A stretch of 41,785 bases of DNA from a plasmid, in the sequence record NZ_CP090413.1. One strand, given 5' to 3'. This document shows positions 15,586 to 24,886 of the stretch, one piece after another; within the stretch, counting starts at the first letter, position 1, and every line of letters begins with the position of its first letter. The notes below the pieces were generated by a model that worked only from the letters and a program-made list of their open reading frames with translations, was not told the origin of the DNA and made no database searches. The position numbers and the translations under genes were made by a program.

Positions 15586-18471
15586 TCAGATAGTAAACCT
15601 GTTTATAACTACTAAACCTAAGCTTAATAGTAACATTACTATTCCAACGAACATCATACCTATTGATGATCTATCACCTGTTTGAGGTAATCTACTTGTT
15701 TTATCGTATGTTTTACCTTGAGTGAAATCTTTTGGTACTACCTTATTTCCATTATTAGGAACTTGAGGTTTCTTAGGCGTTGTCGGATTATGGGTATTAG
15801 TAATATTGTAACCATCAACAGTACTTGTGTACCCCGCAACTGCGTTTTCCGTAACCGTGTAGGTAATCTTCTTGCCATTAGCATAAGCGGCTAGGTTGTC
15901 AAAACTGTACTGCCAGTTATCACTAGCGCTTACCGTCTTGCTTGCAACTTGTTGACCATTGGCCAATAAGTTTACTGTGATTGAACTTGGGCGAATTCCA
16001 TCTTGATTGTTGTTATCGTTCCAAGTCTTGGTGCCAGATACCTTAACAGTGGCAGGAGTGTGGTTGTTAGTTACGTTGTAACCATCAACAGTACTTGTGT
16101 ACCCCGCAACTGCGTTTTCCGTAACCGTGTAGGTAATCTTCTTGCCATTAGCATAAGCGGCTAGGTTGTCAAAACTGTACTGCCAGTTATCACTAGCGCT
16201 TACCGTCTTGCTTGCAACTTGCCGACCGTTAGCCAATAAGTTTACTGTGATTGAACTTGGGCGAATTCCATCTTGATTGTTGTCATCGTTCCAAGTCTTT
16301 GTTCCGGATACCTTAACAGTGGCAGGAGTGTGGTTGTTGGTTACGTTGTAACCATCAACAGTACTTGTGTACCCCGCAACTGCGTCTTCCGTAACTGTGT
16401 AGGTAATCTTCTTACCATTAGCATAAGCAGCTAGGTTGTCAAAACTGTATTGCCAGTTATCACTAGCACTAACCGTCTTGCTTGCAACTTGTTGACCATT
16501 GGCCAATAAGTTTACTGTGATTGAACTTGGGCGGATTCCATCTTGATTGTTGTTATCCTTCCAAGTCTTTGTTCCGGATACCTTAACAGTGGCAGGAGTG
16601 TGGTTGTTGGTTACGTTGTAACCATCAACAGTACTTGTGTACCCCGCAACTGCGTCTTCCGTAACTGTGTAGGTAATCTTCTTACCATTAGCATAAGCAG
16701 CTAGGTTGTCAAAACTATATTGCCAGTTATCACTAGCGCTAACCGTCTTACTTGCGACTTGTTGACCATTGGCCAATAAGTTCACTGTGATTGAACTTGG
16801 GCGGATTCCATCTTGATTGTTGTTATCGTTCCAAGTCTTTGTTCCAGAAACTGAGGTTTTCTCAATCTTATCGATAATTTTAATAACGGCACCTTTTGAA
16901 TCAAAATTTGTAGAAGTTACGATTACCATATCTGCTAATTGATATCCCTTAGGTGCACTGACCTCTTTCAATTGGTAACTATCACGTAACAACCCATAGA
17001 TAGTGCCCTGTCCTGAGGAATCTGTTGTGATAGTTCCTACAACTTCTCCGGTTGACTGTCGAATTACATCAAAGATAGCGCCATGTAATGGATTGCCAGA
17101 TTCATCCACCTTTTTTATTGTTAAACTATAGTTATATCCGTTTGCAGTACCATTTGCCTCTTGATAATATACTGTATTAGTGTACTCGTTCATCTTATGA
17201 TTATTATATAGATAACTTGATGAGTTTTTAATTTGTTCTCCGTTAATCAACTTATGAGAAGGCTTTACCTTATATGTGATAAGGAAACCCTGATTGATAT
17301 TACCAAGATTCACAGAAAAAGATGAGCCATTGAATTCAGGGGTATATTTTTCAGTTACTTCTTTATAGTTAGCCAATGACCAATAGTTATTTTTGTCCTT
17401 AAACCAGGTTCCAGTTGCAATTTTTATGCTTGACTGTTCATAATTAACTCCAGCAGAATTAAGAATATCCTTAATAATAACATTATTCCGTTCAGAATTA
17501 GTTGTGTTTATAATAATACGGTAGCTAAGTTCATTATTATCATAATCCATCCACCCATATTTATAAAAATCAATATTACTATCACCTTTATTAACTTTAT
17601 AGCTTATACCCGTGCTATCGATAGTAACTACATTCCCGTTTATTTTAATTGTTGCAGGAAGTACAGTGTCTTTCTTCACCTTTTCTGTATCAGCCATTAT
17701 TTGCATATTAATGTGGCCGGTAACATCATTATGTTTATCTACATAGTCTGTGTATGTTAAGACCAGCGTCTTTTTTTCTTTATTGATAATTGCACTAGCA
17801 ACCGTAGTCACCCCATCAGGAGCGTAGACATTAAATGATTGATCTCTAGTAAAATCCAACTCATTAGGAAGTGATATTGTCGTATAATCTCCGGATCTTA
17901 CTGAATTAGGAACAGAAAAGTCAAAAGAGAATTCTGTAGTTCCTCCACCTGAGATCTCCTTAGTTGATGATCTCTGATTGGTAATTGTAATATCAACGCT
18001 AGTTCCTTTATTATGTGCAGATGGGGAACTATTATTCTTAGAAATACTATTAACTGATGGACCCTGATTAGTATTAGCCCCACTATTAGAAGTCGAGTAT
18101 TGACTATTACTTATATAATTACGGTCCTCCTGAACTGGCTGATTATTGTCAGTTGGTGCTCTCGGTTGTGCTTCTGTATTAGTAACTTGTTTCTGAGACG
18201 CCTGATCGTCCGAAGAACTAGTATTATCTGTGGTATTACTATTAACGGTACTTATCTGCGGTTCTTCCTGTTGATTAATAACAGTCCCGGACCCCGTACC
18301 GTTCTGAGTAATATTTGTCTTGCTATCAGCATATACGGTCATACCACTATTAGATGATATCCATATTGACCCTAATAACGAAAATAAGACTAGTCCCATC
18401 ATAAATAAAAGTCGACGATACCTAGATTTATTACTCATACTGTTGCCTCCTTCTTTGTTTTCTATGCGCAA
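15586..18471 (-). CDS. LPXTG-anchored surface adhesin (MSCRAMM-like) with four Cna-B-type repeats
   Basis: N-terminal signal peptide (RYRRLLFMMGLVLFSLLGSIWISS), S/T/N-rich linker, Ig-like/collagen-binding-like region, 4 x 90-aa repeats (VSGTKTWNDNNNQDGIRPSSITVNLLANGQQVASKTVSASDNWQYSFDNLAAYANGKKITYTVTE.AVAGYTSTVDGYNVTNNHTPATVK), and C-terminal LPQTGD plus hydrophobic span plus basic tail (sortase motif). Confidence 0.85.
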   Translation of the reverse strand: MRIENKEGGNSMSNKSRYRRLLFMMGLVLFSLLGSIWISSNSGMTVYADSKTNITQNGTGSGTVINQQEEPQISTVNSNTTDNTSSSDDQASQKQVTNTEAQPRAPTDNNQPVQEDRNYISNSQYSTSNSGANTNQGPSVNSISKNNSSPSAHNKGTSVDITITNQRSSTKEISGGGTTEFSFDFSVPNSVRSGDYTTISLPNELDFTRDQSFNVYAPDGVTTVASAIINKEKKTLVLTYTDYVDKHNDVTGHINMQIMADTEKVKKDTVLPATIKINGNVVTIDSTGISYKVNKGDSNIDFYKYGWMDYDNNELSYRIIINTTNSERNNVIIKDILNSAGVNYEQSSIKIATGTWFKDKNNYWSLANYKEVTEKYTPEFNGSSFSVNLGNINQGFLITYKVKPSHKLINGEQIKNSSSYLYNNHKMNEYTNTVYYQEANGTANGYNYSLTIKKVDESGNPLHGAIFDVIRQSTGEVVGTITTDSSGQGTIYGLLRDSYQLKEVSAPKGYQLADMVIVTSTNFDSKGAVIKIIDKIEKTSVSGTKTWNDNNNQDGIRPSSITVNLLANGQQVASKTVSASDNWQYSFDNLAAYANGKKITYTVTEDAVAGYTSTVDGYNVTNNHTPATVKVSGTKTWKDNNNQDGIRPSSITVNLLANGQQVASKTVSASDNWQYSFDNLAAYANGKKITYTVTEDAVAGYTSTVDGYNVTNNHTPATVKVSGTKTWNDDNNQDGIRPSSITVNLLANGRQVASKTVSASDNWQYSFDNLAAYANGKKITYTVTENAVAGYTSTVDGYNVTNNHTPATVKVSGTKTWNDNNNQDGIRPSSITVNLLANGQQVASKTVSASDNWQYSFDNLAAYANGKKITYTVTENAVAGYTSTVDGYNITNTHNPTTPKKPQVPNNGNKVVPKDFTQGKTYDKTSRLPQTGDRSSIGMMFVGIVMLLLSLGLVVINRFTI
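15790..16870 (-). repeat. 4 x 270-bp near-identical tandem repeats (coding, Cna-B units)
   Basis: The anchor string gtaaccatcaacagtacttgtgtaccccgcaactgcg recurs at 15808, 16078, 16348 and 16618 (period exactly 270 bp), with only a few substitutions between units. Confidence 0.85.
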
Positions 18472-18510
18472 TACTAAAGATTATCACATACCCCTATATT
18501 ACCATATTCT

Positions 18511-18574
18511 TATAGGAAATTTCACAATTTTTATAGGAAATTTCACAATTTTTATAGGAAATTTCACACTAACT
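18511..18574. repeat. 3 x 22-bp tandem direct repeats in the adhesin promoter region
   Basis: tataggaaatttcacaattttt at 18511-18532 and 18533-18554, then tataggaaatttcacactaa at 18555-18574. Located 40-100 bp upstream of the adhesin start (18471, minus strand). Confidence 0.8.
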
Positions 18575-18935
18575 TCACTAACCGTCAATAGTGACATCAC
18601 TAGTATTAGCATAGTTATCAAACATATGTTCCCAATGACATAACAAAGGCGCTGTATCGACAGTGAAAAAGCCGGCACAGCGCCTTTTGTTATATTCAAA
18701 TTCTGGTCTCCTCTATAGGATTTCTCATTTTCATATTCATTAGATTGAAAGGCTTATATGGCCGGGACCTGCTTCTCTTTGCACGTTTAGACTCGGTAGC
18801 CAGCTTACTCCAAAATATTCCGTATTAAACAAAACATAAGCTTCAAGAAGAAAAAAGACCAAGTCATAACCGCAAAAACTATTAAAGTCGACTTGACTTT
18901 TATCAAAACAGTCGTACAATGTTTTTAATTAGATT

Positions 18936-18977
18936 AAAGGTATAAATTACTTTTATTTAAAAGTGATTTATACCTTT
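18936..18977. promoter_or_regulatory. 42-bp near-perfect palindrome between promoter and ECF S-component gene
   Basis: aaaggtataaattactttta-tt-taaaagtgatttataccttt (20-bp arms, one T/C mismatch). A ttgact-16-tacaat promoter lies at about 18893-18920. Confidence 0.45.
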
Positions 18978-19001
18978 ATTTAAAATAATTAAGCAAATGA
19001 G

Positions 19002-19613
19002 GTGCGGATTTTGGGAGTCCAAAATATTAAGCGTTCAAGTATCTGGAAGATTCGGTTGTCAACAGCAACGATAACGTTGATTCCTGCAGCAGTCGGAATT
19101 AATTATGTTGCCAAGGCGTTTGCTGAAGGATTAAAATTACCGGTTTGGTTAGGAACGTTGGGAACTTTTCTGGCAAGTATGTTAGCTGGCCCGGTGGCTG
19201 GTGCAATTAGTGGCTTTATTAATAACGTCATTTATGGATTGACGCTATCACCGGTTTCAACGGTCTACGCAATTACTAGTATTGGAATTGGGATTACCGT
19301 TGGGGTCCTCCACGCCAAGGGATGGTTTTCATCCGCAAAGAAAGTATTCGTATCCGCTATTATTATTGCAATTGTATCTGCTGTCATTTCAACACCACTC
19401 AATGTCATTTTTTGGGGTGGCCAAACTGGGATTCCTTGGGGTGATTCAATTTTCGCTGCGATGATCGCTAATCACATTCCGGTTTGGATTTCATCATTTA
19501 CTGATGAATTTATTTTGGACATTTTGGATAAAGTTGTTGTTGCCTACTTGGCATTCTTTATCTATCGGCAACTGCCACAGCGAATGATTCACTTTTTCAG
19601 GGATGATAAATAA
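19002..19613 (+). CDS. ECF transporter substrate-specific (S) component
   Basis: 203 aa, about six hydrophobic helices, GTG start. Followed immediately by EcfT and two EcfA genes. Substrate not assignable from sequence. Confidence 0.65.
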   Translation: MRILGVQNIKRSSIWKIRLSTATITLIPAAVGINYVAKAFAEGLKLPVWLGTLGTFLASMLAGPVAGAISGFINNVIYGLTLSPVSTVYAITSIGIGITVGVLHAKGWFSSAKKVFVSAIIIAIVSAVISTPLNVIFWGGQTGIPWGDSIFAAMIANHIPVWISSFTDEFILDILDKVVVAYLAFFIYRQLPQRMIHFFRDDK

Positions 19614-20407
19614 TGAATGAACCAAATTCAATTTTACAAGGTTCGGTAGCTCACCGTGGCTGGACGTCGGTAGTTGATCCGGTAACGAAATTATTGGTGG
19701 CCCTTGATCTGGCCTTACTAAGCTTTTGTTTCACCAATTTGTTAGTTGAAATTGCGCTTGTATTCGTTGCGCTAGTGATTCTACTGATTTCGAAAGCCGG
19801 CAAGTCGGCGGTTCACGCAATTGAATTCAGCTCATTCTTAATTTTTACAATGCTGATTATTCAGGGCCTCTTTTACAGTCACAATCAGACTCTGTTGGTT
19901 TCAGTGGTCGGGATTCGATTCTATCAAGAAGGGCTGTTGTATGCAGCAACGATAGGGTGTCGAATTTTTGTCATTATTTTAGCAACCAGCTTTTTTATGA
20001 CAACGACTACAGTGTCAGAAAATTCTAAATATTTGGAGCAGGTCGGTCTCTCCTATAAAGCGGTCTATGTATTGATGTCGGTTTGCTATATTTTACCGGA
20101 AATGATGGCCAACATGAAAAAAATTCAAATGGCGCAACGGGCACGTGGCATTAATCAACAGAAAACCATTCTTGAAAAGATTAAATCAATTTTACCAGTG
20201 CTGGTTCCGTTAGTGATCAAAACGCTTGAGCAATCAATGGAACGGTCGATCGCCCTGCGATTACGTGGATTTAATAGTCCCCATCGGGTGGCACTAAAAT
20301 CGGCAAATCTTTATCGGCACGAAATGGTTAATCATCGTGGCTTGAGTTTATTAGCAATTATATTGATTGGGTGGAAATTATGGATAATCGGCAGCAAATT
20401 CATTTAG
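19613..20407 (+). CDS. ecfT: ECF transporter transmembrane (T) component, EcfT/CbiQ family
   Basis: Polytopic, with the two Arg-containing coupling motifs AQRARGIN and IALRLRGF characteristic of EcfT. Confidence 0.75.
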   Translation: MNEPNSILQGSVAHRGWTSVVDPVTKLLVALDLALLSFCFTNLLVEIALVFVALVILLISKAGKSAVHAIEFSSFLIFTMLIIQGLFYSHNQTLLVSVVGIRFYQEGLLYAATIGCRIFVIILATSFFMTTTTVSENSKYLEQVGLSYKAVYVLMSVCYILPEMMANMKKIQMAQRARGINQQKTILEKIKSILPVLVPLVIKTLEQSMERSIALRLRGFNSPHRVALKSANLYRHEMVNHRGLSLLAIILIGWKLWIIGSKFI

Positions 20408-21222
20408 AAAATTTAAGTCTACGTTACCGAGGAATTGAAACATCCGCGCTAAAACATATTTCGGTTGACGCCGAATTTGGGCACGTTATTGGCATCATTG
20501 GTAATCATCATGCAGGTAAAACATCGTTATGTCGGGCATTAGCCGGAATTGTACCAACAATTATTTCAGGTGATGTAACGGGAACCATTCAAGTTGGATC
20601 ATTATCGCCAAATTTGGATTGGCAGAAGTATAATCAGCAGACCGGTGTTGTGCTGCAGAATCCGGCTGGTCAATTGAGTGGGCTTGCCGATACGGTTGCC
20701 GATGAAATTGCGTTTGACCTCATTAATCAAGGAGTTCCAGCCGATCAAATTAAACGGAGAGTCTTCAATGTTGCCGATCAGTTGGGGTTAGGCGACCAAT
20801 TAAATCAATCACCGGGAACGCTGTCTGGCGGACAAAAACAACGGCTGGCAATTGCCACAGCAATCGTAACTGATCCGTCAATTTTGGTTTTAGATGATCC
20901 CACTAGTGAAATGGATCCACTTGGACGTCAGCATTTCTTCAGTTGGTTAGTCAGTGTTGAAAAAAAGACGATCTTCATTGTGTCAAATGAAGTCGACGAT
21001 CTCTGTGAAATTGCTGACCAAATTTGGGTTCTGAAAGCTGGCGAGTTAGTTGCGGCAGGAAAACCGCTGACTGTTTTTAATCATCTGAAGCCGGACTGGC
21101 AGCTTGCTGAACCGACTGTGTTTCGATTGGCAAAATTAATGAAGTGGTCAATCCCTGGTGCAGCAGACGAATTTCCGGTTACCAATCAACAATTAAAGGA
21201 GGCTTATTATGCCGCAAATTGA
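20371..21222 (+). CDS. ecfA: ECF transporter ATPase component EcfA
   Basis: Walker A GNHHAGKTS (atypical), signature LSGGQKQRLAIA, Walker B ILVLDDPTSEMD. Confidence 0.8.
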   Translation: MEIMDNRQQIHLENLSLRYRGIETSALKHISVDAEFGHVIGIIGNHHAGKTSLCRALAGIVPTIISGDVTGTIQVGSLSPNLDWQKYNQQTGVVLQNPAGQLSGLADTVADEIAFDLINQGVPADQIKRRVFNVADQLGLGDQLNQSPGTLSGGQKQRLAIATAIVTDPSILVLDDPTSEMDPLGRQHFFSWLVSVEKKTIFIVSNEVDDLCEIADQIWVLKAGELVAAGKPLTVFNHLKPDWQLAEPTVFRLAKLMKWSIPGAADEFPVTNQQLKEAYYAAN

Positions 21223-22024
21223 AATTAGTGGGTTGCGTTATACTTATCCAGAACATTCATTTCAGGTGGAAATTGATCGGCAATCTTTTGACAGTCCACT
21301 AACCGCAATTGTTGGTCAGAACGGCGCTGGTAAATCAACTTTGTTAAAGTTACTGATCGGATTGATAACACCGCAAGAAGGGACCATTATGATTAATGGC
21401 GTTTCAATAGATGAGTTGAAACCACAGGCAAAGTTGAAACAAATTGGAGTGACATTTCAAGATCCAGATGATCAATTATTTAACGCAACGGTTCAAAAAG
21501 AAGTGGCTTGGGGGCTTTCTCAAATTGAATCGGATCAATTGATGATTAAAAAAGCGGCTGATCAAGCTTTGGTTACGGTTGGATTAGCTGATAAAGCAGC
21601 CGAAAATCCATATGACCTTTCGTTATCTGAACGAAAGTTATTAACGTTTGCAACGGTTTTGGCCATTAATCCTGCAATTTATTTGTTTGACGAGCCGATG
21701 ATGTCGTTAGACTGGCCCAGTCGAAAGCGAATGACTAACATTTTTCATCAACTTGTAAAAAGTGGTCATCAGGTGATCACGATTACTCATGATATGGATT
21801 GGGTAGCGGCTGAATTTTCGACAGTTCACGTGATGGCGCATGGTCAGATTGCCTTTTCCGGGACACCTTCAGCCTTATTTGGTAATTCAGGACTGGTTAA
21901 GCGGGTGGGATTGCTGCCACCAAGAATTATGACGATAACGAGTGCATTAGGTGATCACTCGGTTTATTTAACCCCAGAGGATTACTGCAGGAAGCATAAA
22001 CAAGTTGCCAACAATTTAAATTGA
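21209..22024 (+). CDS. ECF transporter ATPase component EcfA'
   Basis: Walker A GQNGAGKST, degenerate signature LSLSERKLLTFA, Walker B YLFDEPMMSLD. Confidence 0.8.
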   Translation: MPQIEISGLRYTYPEHSFQVEIDRQSFDSPLTAIVGQNGAGKSTLLKLLIGLITPQEGTIMINGVSIDELKPQAKLKQIGVTFQDPDDQLFNATVQKEVAWGLSQIESDQLMIKKAADQALVTVGLADKAAENPYDLSLSERKLLTFATVLAINPAIYLFDEPMMSLDWPSRKRMTNIFHQLVKSGHQVITITHDMDWVAAEFSTVHVMAHGQIAFSGTPSALFGNSGLVKRVGLLPPRIMTITSALGDHSVYLTPEDYCRKHKQVANNLN

Positions 22025-22179
22025 TAAAGATGATAATAGCAACATCTAATTAAAAGTAACAAACATTAAAGAGTGGGACGAAAGGCGGTTACGTGGCAGG
22101 AAGTTGCCTTTTGGCGCACATTTCCGCTCGGTAATAATGATGATAATAGTAGCATTTAATTAAAAGTAATAAACATTAA

Positions 22180-22210
22180 GGATTGGTCATTGTGGTGACC
22201 AATCCTTTTG
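22180..22210 (+). terminator. Rho-independent terminator after the ECF operon
   Basis: ggattggtca-ttgtgg-tgaccaatcc-ttttg: perfect 10-bp stem plus T-run. Confidence 0.6.
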
Positions 22211-22335
22211 CATATAATGAAAATATTAACCTTGAATTTACACTTTAAGTGCAACACTAATTAAATAAAGAATGGCCCATAGCCAAATTTCTGTAAAATG
22301 ATGTTTGCGAAAACAATCATGAAAGGAATTCAGCC

Positions 22336-22554
22336 ATGGACCACTACAAGCATATTACCATAGATGAACGGGAAACCATCTTTTTAATGAGGAATCATGG
22401 AAACTCACTTCTTGAGATTGCCAGCTATACCAAGAAAAGTTACTCAACCATTTCTCGAGAATTAAGTCGTAATTCTACTGGTAAATCCTATTCACCTTCG
22501 AAGGCTCAGGAGAAGTACAAACAGCGCAAAGAGAAGCAGGTCCCGACCATATAA
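22336..22554 (+). pseudogene. IS30-family transposase N-terminal fragment (HTH region only)
   Basis: MDHYKHITIDERETIFLMRNHGNSLLEIASYTKKSYSTISRELSRNS matches the N-terminal HTH of IS30-type transposases. The ORF stops after 72 aa with no catalytic domain downstream. Confidence 0.55.
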
Positions 22555-22774
22555 GCCTTTCAATCTAATATTCCAAAAACAGAAATGGGATTGACTTTAG
22601 ATGATCCTATAGATGCAAATGAACTGTTTATCCCTATTCATGACTGTTAAAGTACACAAACCTCAAGATATTAATAATTTAAGATTGGGAGATATATAAG
22701 CTCTTGGGGTATATTTTTACTAATTTTTCATGAAAGAAAATTGAACAAATTTGTATAGCAATTCTCTTATAAGT

Positions 22775-22791
22775 AAGGCCAATAGGGTATA
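22775..22791. repeat. Half-site AAGGCCAATAGGGTATA (inverted copy of the right-hand site at 27885-27901)
   Basis: A 17/17 reverse-complement match to 27885-27901. Sits at the left edge of the higher-GC block. Confidence 0.6.
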
Positions 22792-22859
22792 GTCTTGAAG
22801 GCTAAACGAAATTAATACTATAGCCTAATCTCAAGAGTAATTGCTATTAGAAAATACGC

Positions 22860-23360
22860 TTCAGGTAATATTACCGGTACACGAATACCATAAATCGTCA
22901 CTGTTGTTGGTCCAAAGTTTGCATGAAGGACCAGTCTCACAAAATTCAATGGTCAATTGTGCCAAGATAGGTGGTCGTTCATCCGCCATTCGAGCGGTTT
23001 CCCGATTGTAGGGACTGGCTGACAATGCTCAAGGGCGAAGTTCTTCTTGTCAGGGTGGTCTTCCCGGGCTAGAAGAAGACTCGTATTTGAAATTGCGCAG
23101 TGGGGTTTCTGTGTGAGTTCAAATCGATGTCCGCCCTGTTCCAGCGTTGTCAGCCGGCCCCGGAAGTCGGACTAGGGCGCGCATCGGCTGACGAACAGGA
23201 ATCCACCAACGACATGTTTCAACTCTATGTGAAACCACAAAAGTTACAATTAGTTGCGGTTTTAGGTGCGTATTACTATGACTTTGGCCGGAGTATGCTA
23301 TGATTAAATACATAGATAATCAGGAAGTTATCATGATTAAAGCTGGGCACTGGGAGGTAC
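22860..23360 (+). promoter_or_regulatory. GC-rich structured 5' leader of the OpuC/EgtU-type transporter operon (candidate riboswitch-like element)
   Basis: About 500 nt with no credible ORF, many GC helices (e.g. cttcttgtcaggg-tggtctt-cccgggctagaagaag) and two half-repeats sharing ggctgac(a/g)a. Ends at gggagg-N6-ATG (23363). Confidence 0.3.
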
Positions 23361-23362
23361 TT

Positions 23363-24886
23363 ATGCAGACATTAATACAGACATTTATGGATCGGCGGAG
23401 TGATTTGCTCACTGCGTTGTGGCAACACTTGGGGATTTCTTTGGCCGCGCTAGTCATTGCAATGGTGATTGCGATTCCACTGGCGATTTGGGTCGTTCGC
23501 CGACCACGGTGGGCCGAGGGGTTATTGCAATTGACCAGTGTTTTGCAGACCATTCCGTCGCTGGCACTATTGGGATTGCTGATTCCGCTAGTCGGTATTG
23601 GCACGGTGCCCGCGGTGATTGCGCTAGTGATTTACGCGTTGTTGCCAATCTTTCAAAATACTTATTTAGGGATCTCGGAAATCGACGCGTCAATTGAAGA
23701 AGCGGCCGATGCGTTTGGAATGTCGCGGATGCGCAAGTTGTTCAAAGTTGAACTGCCGATTGCCTTGCCACAAATCATTGCCGGGATTCGGACCGCCCTA
23801 GTGCTCATTATCGGGACGGCGACGTTAGCGGCTTTGATTGGTGCTGGGGGTCTAGGGACGTTTATCATGCTTGGGATTGACCGTAATGATACGTCGTTGC
23901 TGTTGATTGGGGCCATTTCGTCAGCGCTATTGGCGATTCTGTTGAGTGCACTCGTGCGCTGGTTCCAGACGGCCAAACCCCACCACGCGTTGATCGTGTT
24001 CGTGGGTATTTTGGCGTTACTCGGTGGTGGCGCGTACAGCGTTTATGCCAATCGAGTTGAAACAATTACAATTGCAGGTAAACTCGGGTCCGAGCCTGAC
24101 ATCTTGATCAATATGTACAAACAATTGATTGAAGCTGAAGACGACCACATTCACGTGACCTTGAAACCGAACTTTGGTAAGACAACCTTCTTATTCAGCG
24201 CTCTGAAGAATAATCAGATCGACATTTACCCAGAATTCACTGGTTCCGTATTGGAAACTTTGGTGAAGGGCAATAATCCGGCCAGTCAAACGGCTAATCA
24301 GACTTATCAGTTAGCCAAAAAGCGGCTAGCTAAGCAGGAACAGATGACTTACTTGAAGCCGATGCAGTACAACAATACGTACGCCCTGGCCGTCACTAAG
24401 AAGTTCCAACAAGAACACCATTTGAAGACCATCAGCGATTTAACACAAGTCGAATCGATCCTCAAACCAGGGATGACGCTCGAATTTATCGACCGCGATG
24501 ATGGCTTGAAGGGAATCAAGAAGACGTATGGCTTGGATGTTACGGCCAAATCGATGGAACCGGCATTGCGCTATGAAGCGATTAGCAAGGGGAAAATCAA
24601 TCTGGTGGACGCCTACGCAACGGATAGCGAATTACGACAATATAACTTGGCGCTGCTGAAGGATGATAAGCACTTCTTCCCGACGTATCAAGGGGCGCCA
24701 CTCATGAAGACCAGCTTTGCTAACAAACACCCGAAAGTCGTCCAAGCATTGAATAAGTTAGCTGACAAGATTTCCGAAACCGATATGCAAGAGATGAACT
24801 ATGAAGTCAATGTCAAAAAGAAATCGGCTTCCACAGTCGCACATAACTATCTCGTCAAACACGGCTTGTTAAAGGAGGAACGCTAA
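23363..24886 (+). CDS. Fused ABC permease and substrate-binding protein, OpuCB/OpuCC (EgtU)-type compatible-solute transporter
   Basis: N-terminal approximately 215 aa is a six-TM permease (EAA-like loop LPIALPQIIAGIRTALVLIIGTATLAALIGAGGLG). The C-terminal approximately 290 aa is a periplasmic-type SBD. Start chosen at MQTLIQTF (RBS gggagg); the track ORF begins at 23300. Confidence 0.8.
   Translation: MQTLIQTFMDRRSDLLTALWQHLGISLAALVIAMVIAIPLAIWVVRRPRWAEGLLQLTSVLQTIPSLALLGLLIPLVGIGTVPAVIALVIYALLPIFQNTYLGISEIDASIEEAADAFGMSRMRKLFKVELPIALPQIIAGIRTALVLIIGTATLAALIGAGGLGTFIMLGIDRNDTSLLLIGAISSALLAILLSALVRWFQTAKPHHALIVFVGILALLGGGAYSVYANRVETITIAGKLGSEPDILINMYKQLIEAEDDHIHVTLKPNFGKTTFLFSALKNNQIDIYPEFTGSVLETLVKGNNPASQTANQTYQLAKKRLAKQEQMTYLKPMQYNNTYALAVTKKFQQEHHLKTISDLTQVESILKPGMTLEFIDRDDGLKGIKKTYGLDVTAKSMEPALRYEAISKGKINLVDAYATDSELRQYNLALLKDDKHFFPTYQGAPLMKTSFANKHPKVVQALNKLADKISETDMQEMNYEVNVKKKSASTVAHNYLVKHGLLKEER

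Noticed and set aside
15790-18574. Possibility that the regular repeats represent a CRISPR array
   Set aside because: The 270-bp repeats are in-frame coding Cna-B units with no unique spacers. The 22-bp promoter repeats are strictly tandem with no spacers, and no cas genes are present.
17898-18643. Three short ORFs overlapping or antisense to the adhesin gene and its promoter repeats
   Set aside because: Embedded in or antisense to a well-supported 961-aa adhesin CDS. The repeat-derived FTIFIGN peptide is an artefact of the 22-bp tandem repeats.
23100-23313. Two overlapping approximately 65-aa ORFs on opposite strands
   Set aside because: They sit inside the structured leader of the transporter operon. 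No RBS, with junk-like composition.
22860-23360. T-box riboswitch assignment for the leader
   Set aside because: The best candidate (cagGGTGGtcttcccggg) matches the conserved T-box sequence AGGGUGGNACCGCG poorly, and amino-acid-responsive control of an osmolyte transporter is unexpected. Kept only as an unspecified structured leader.
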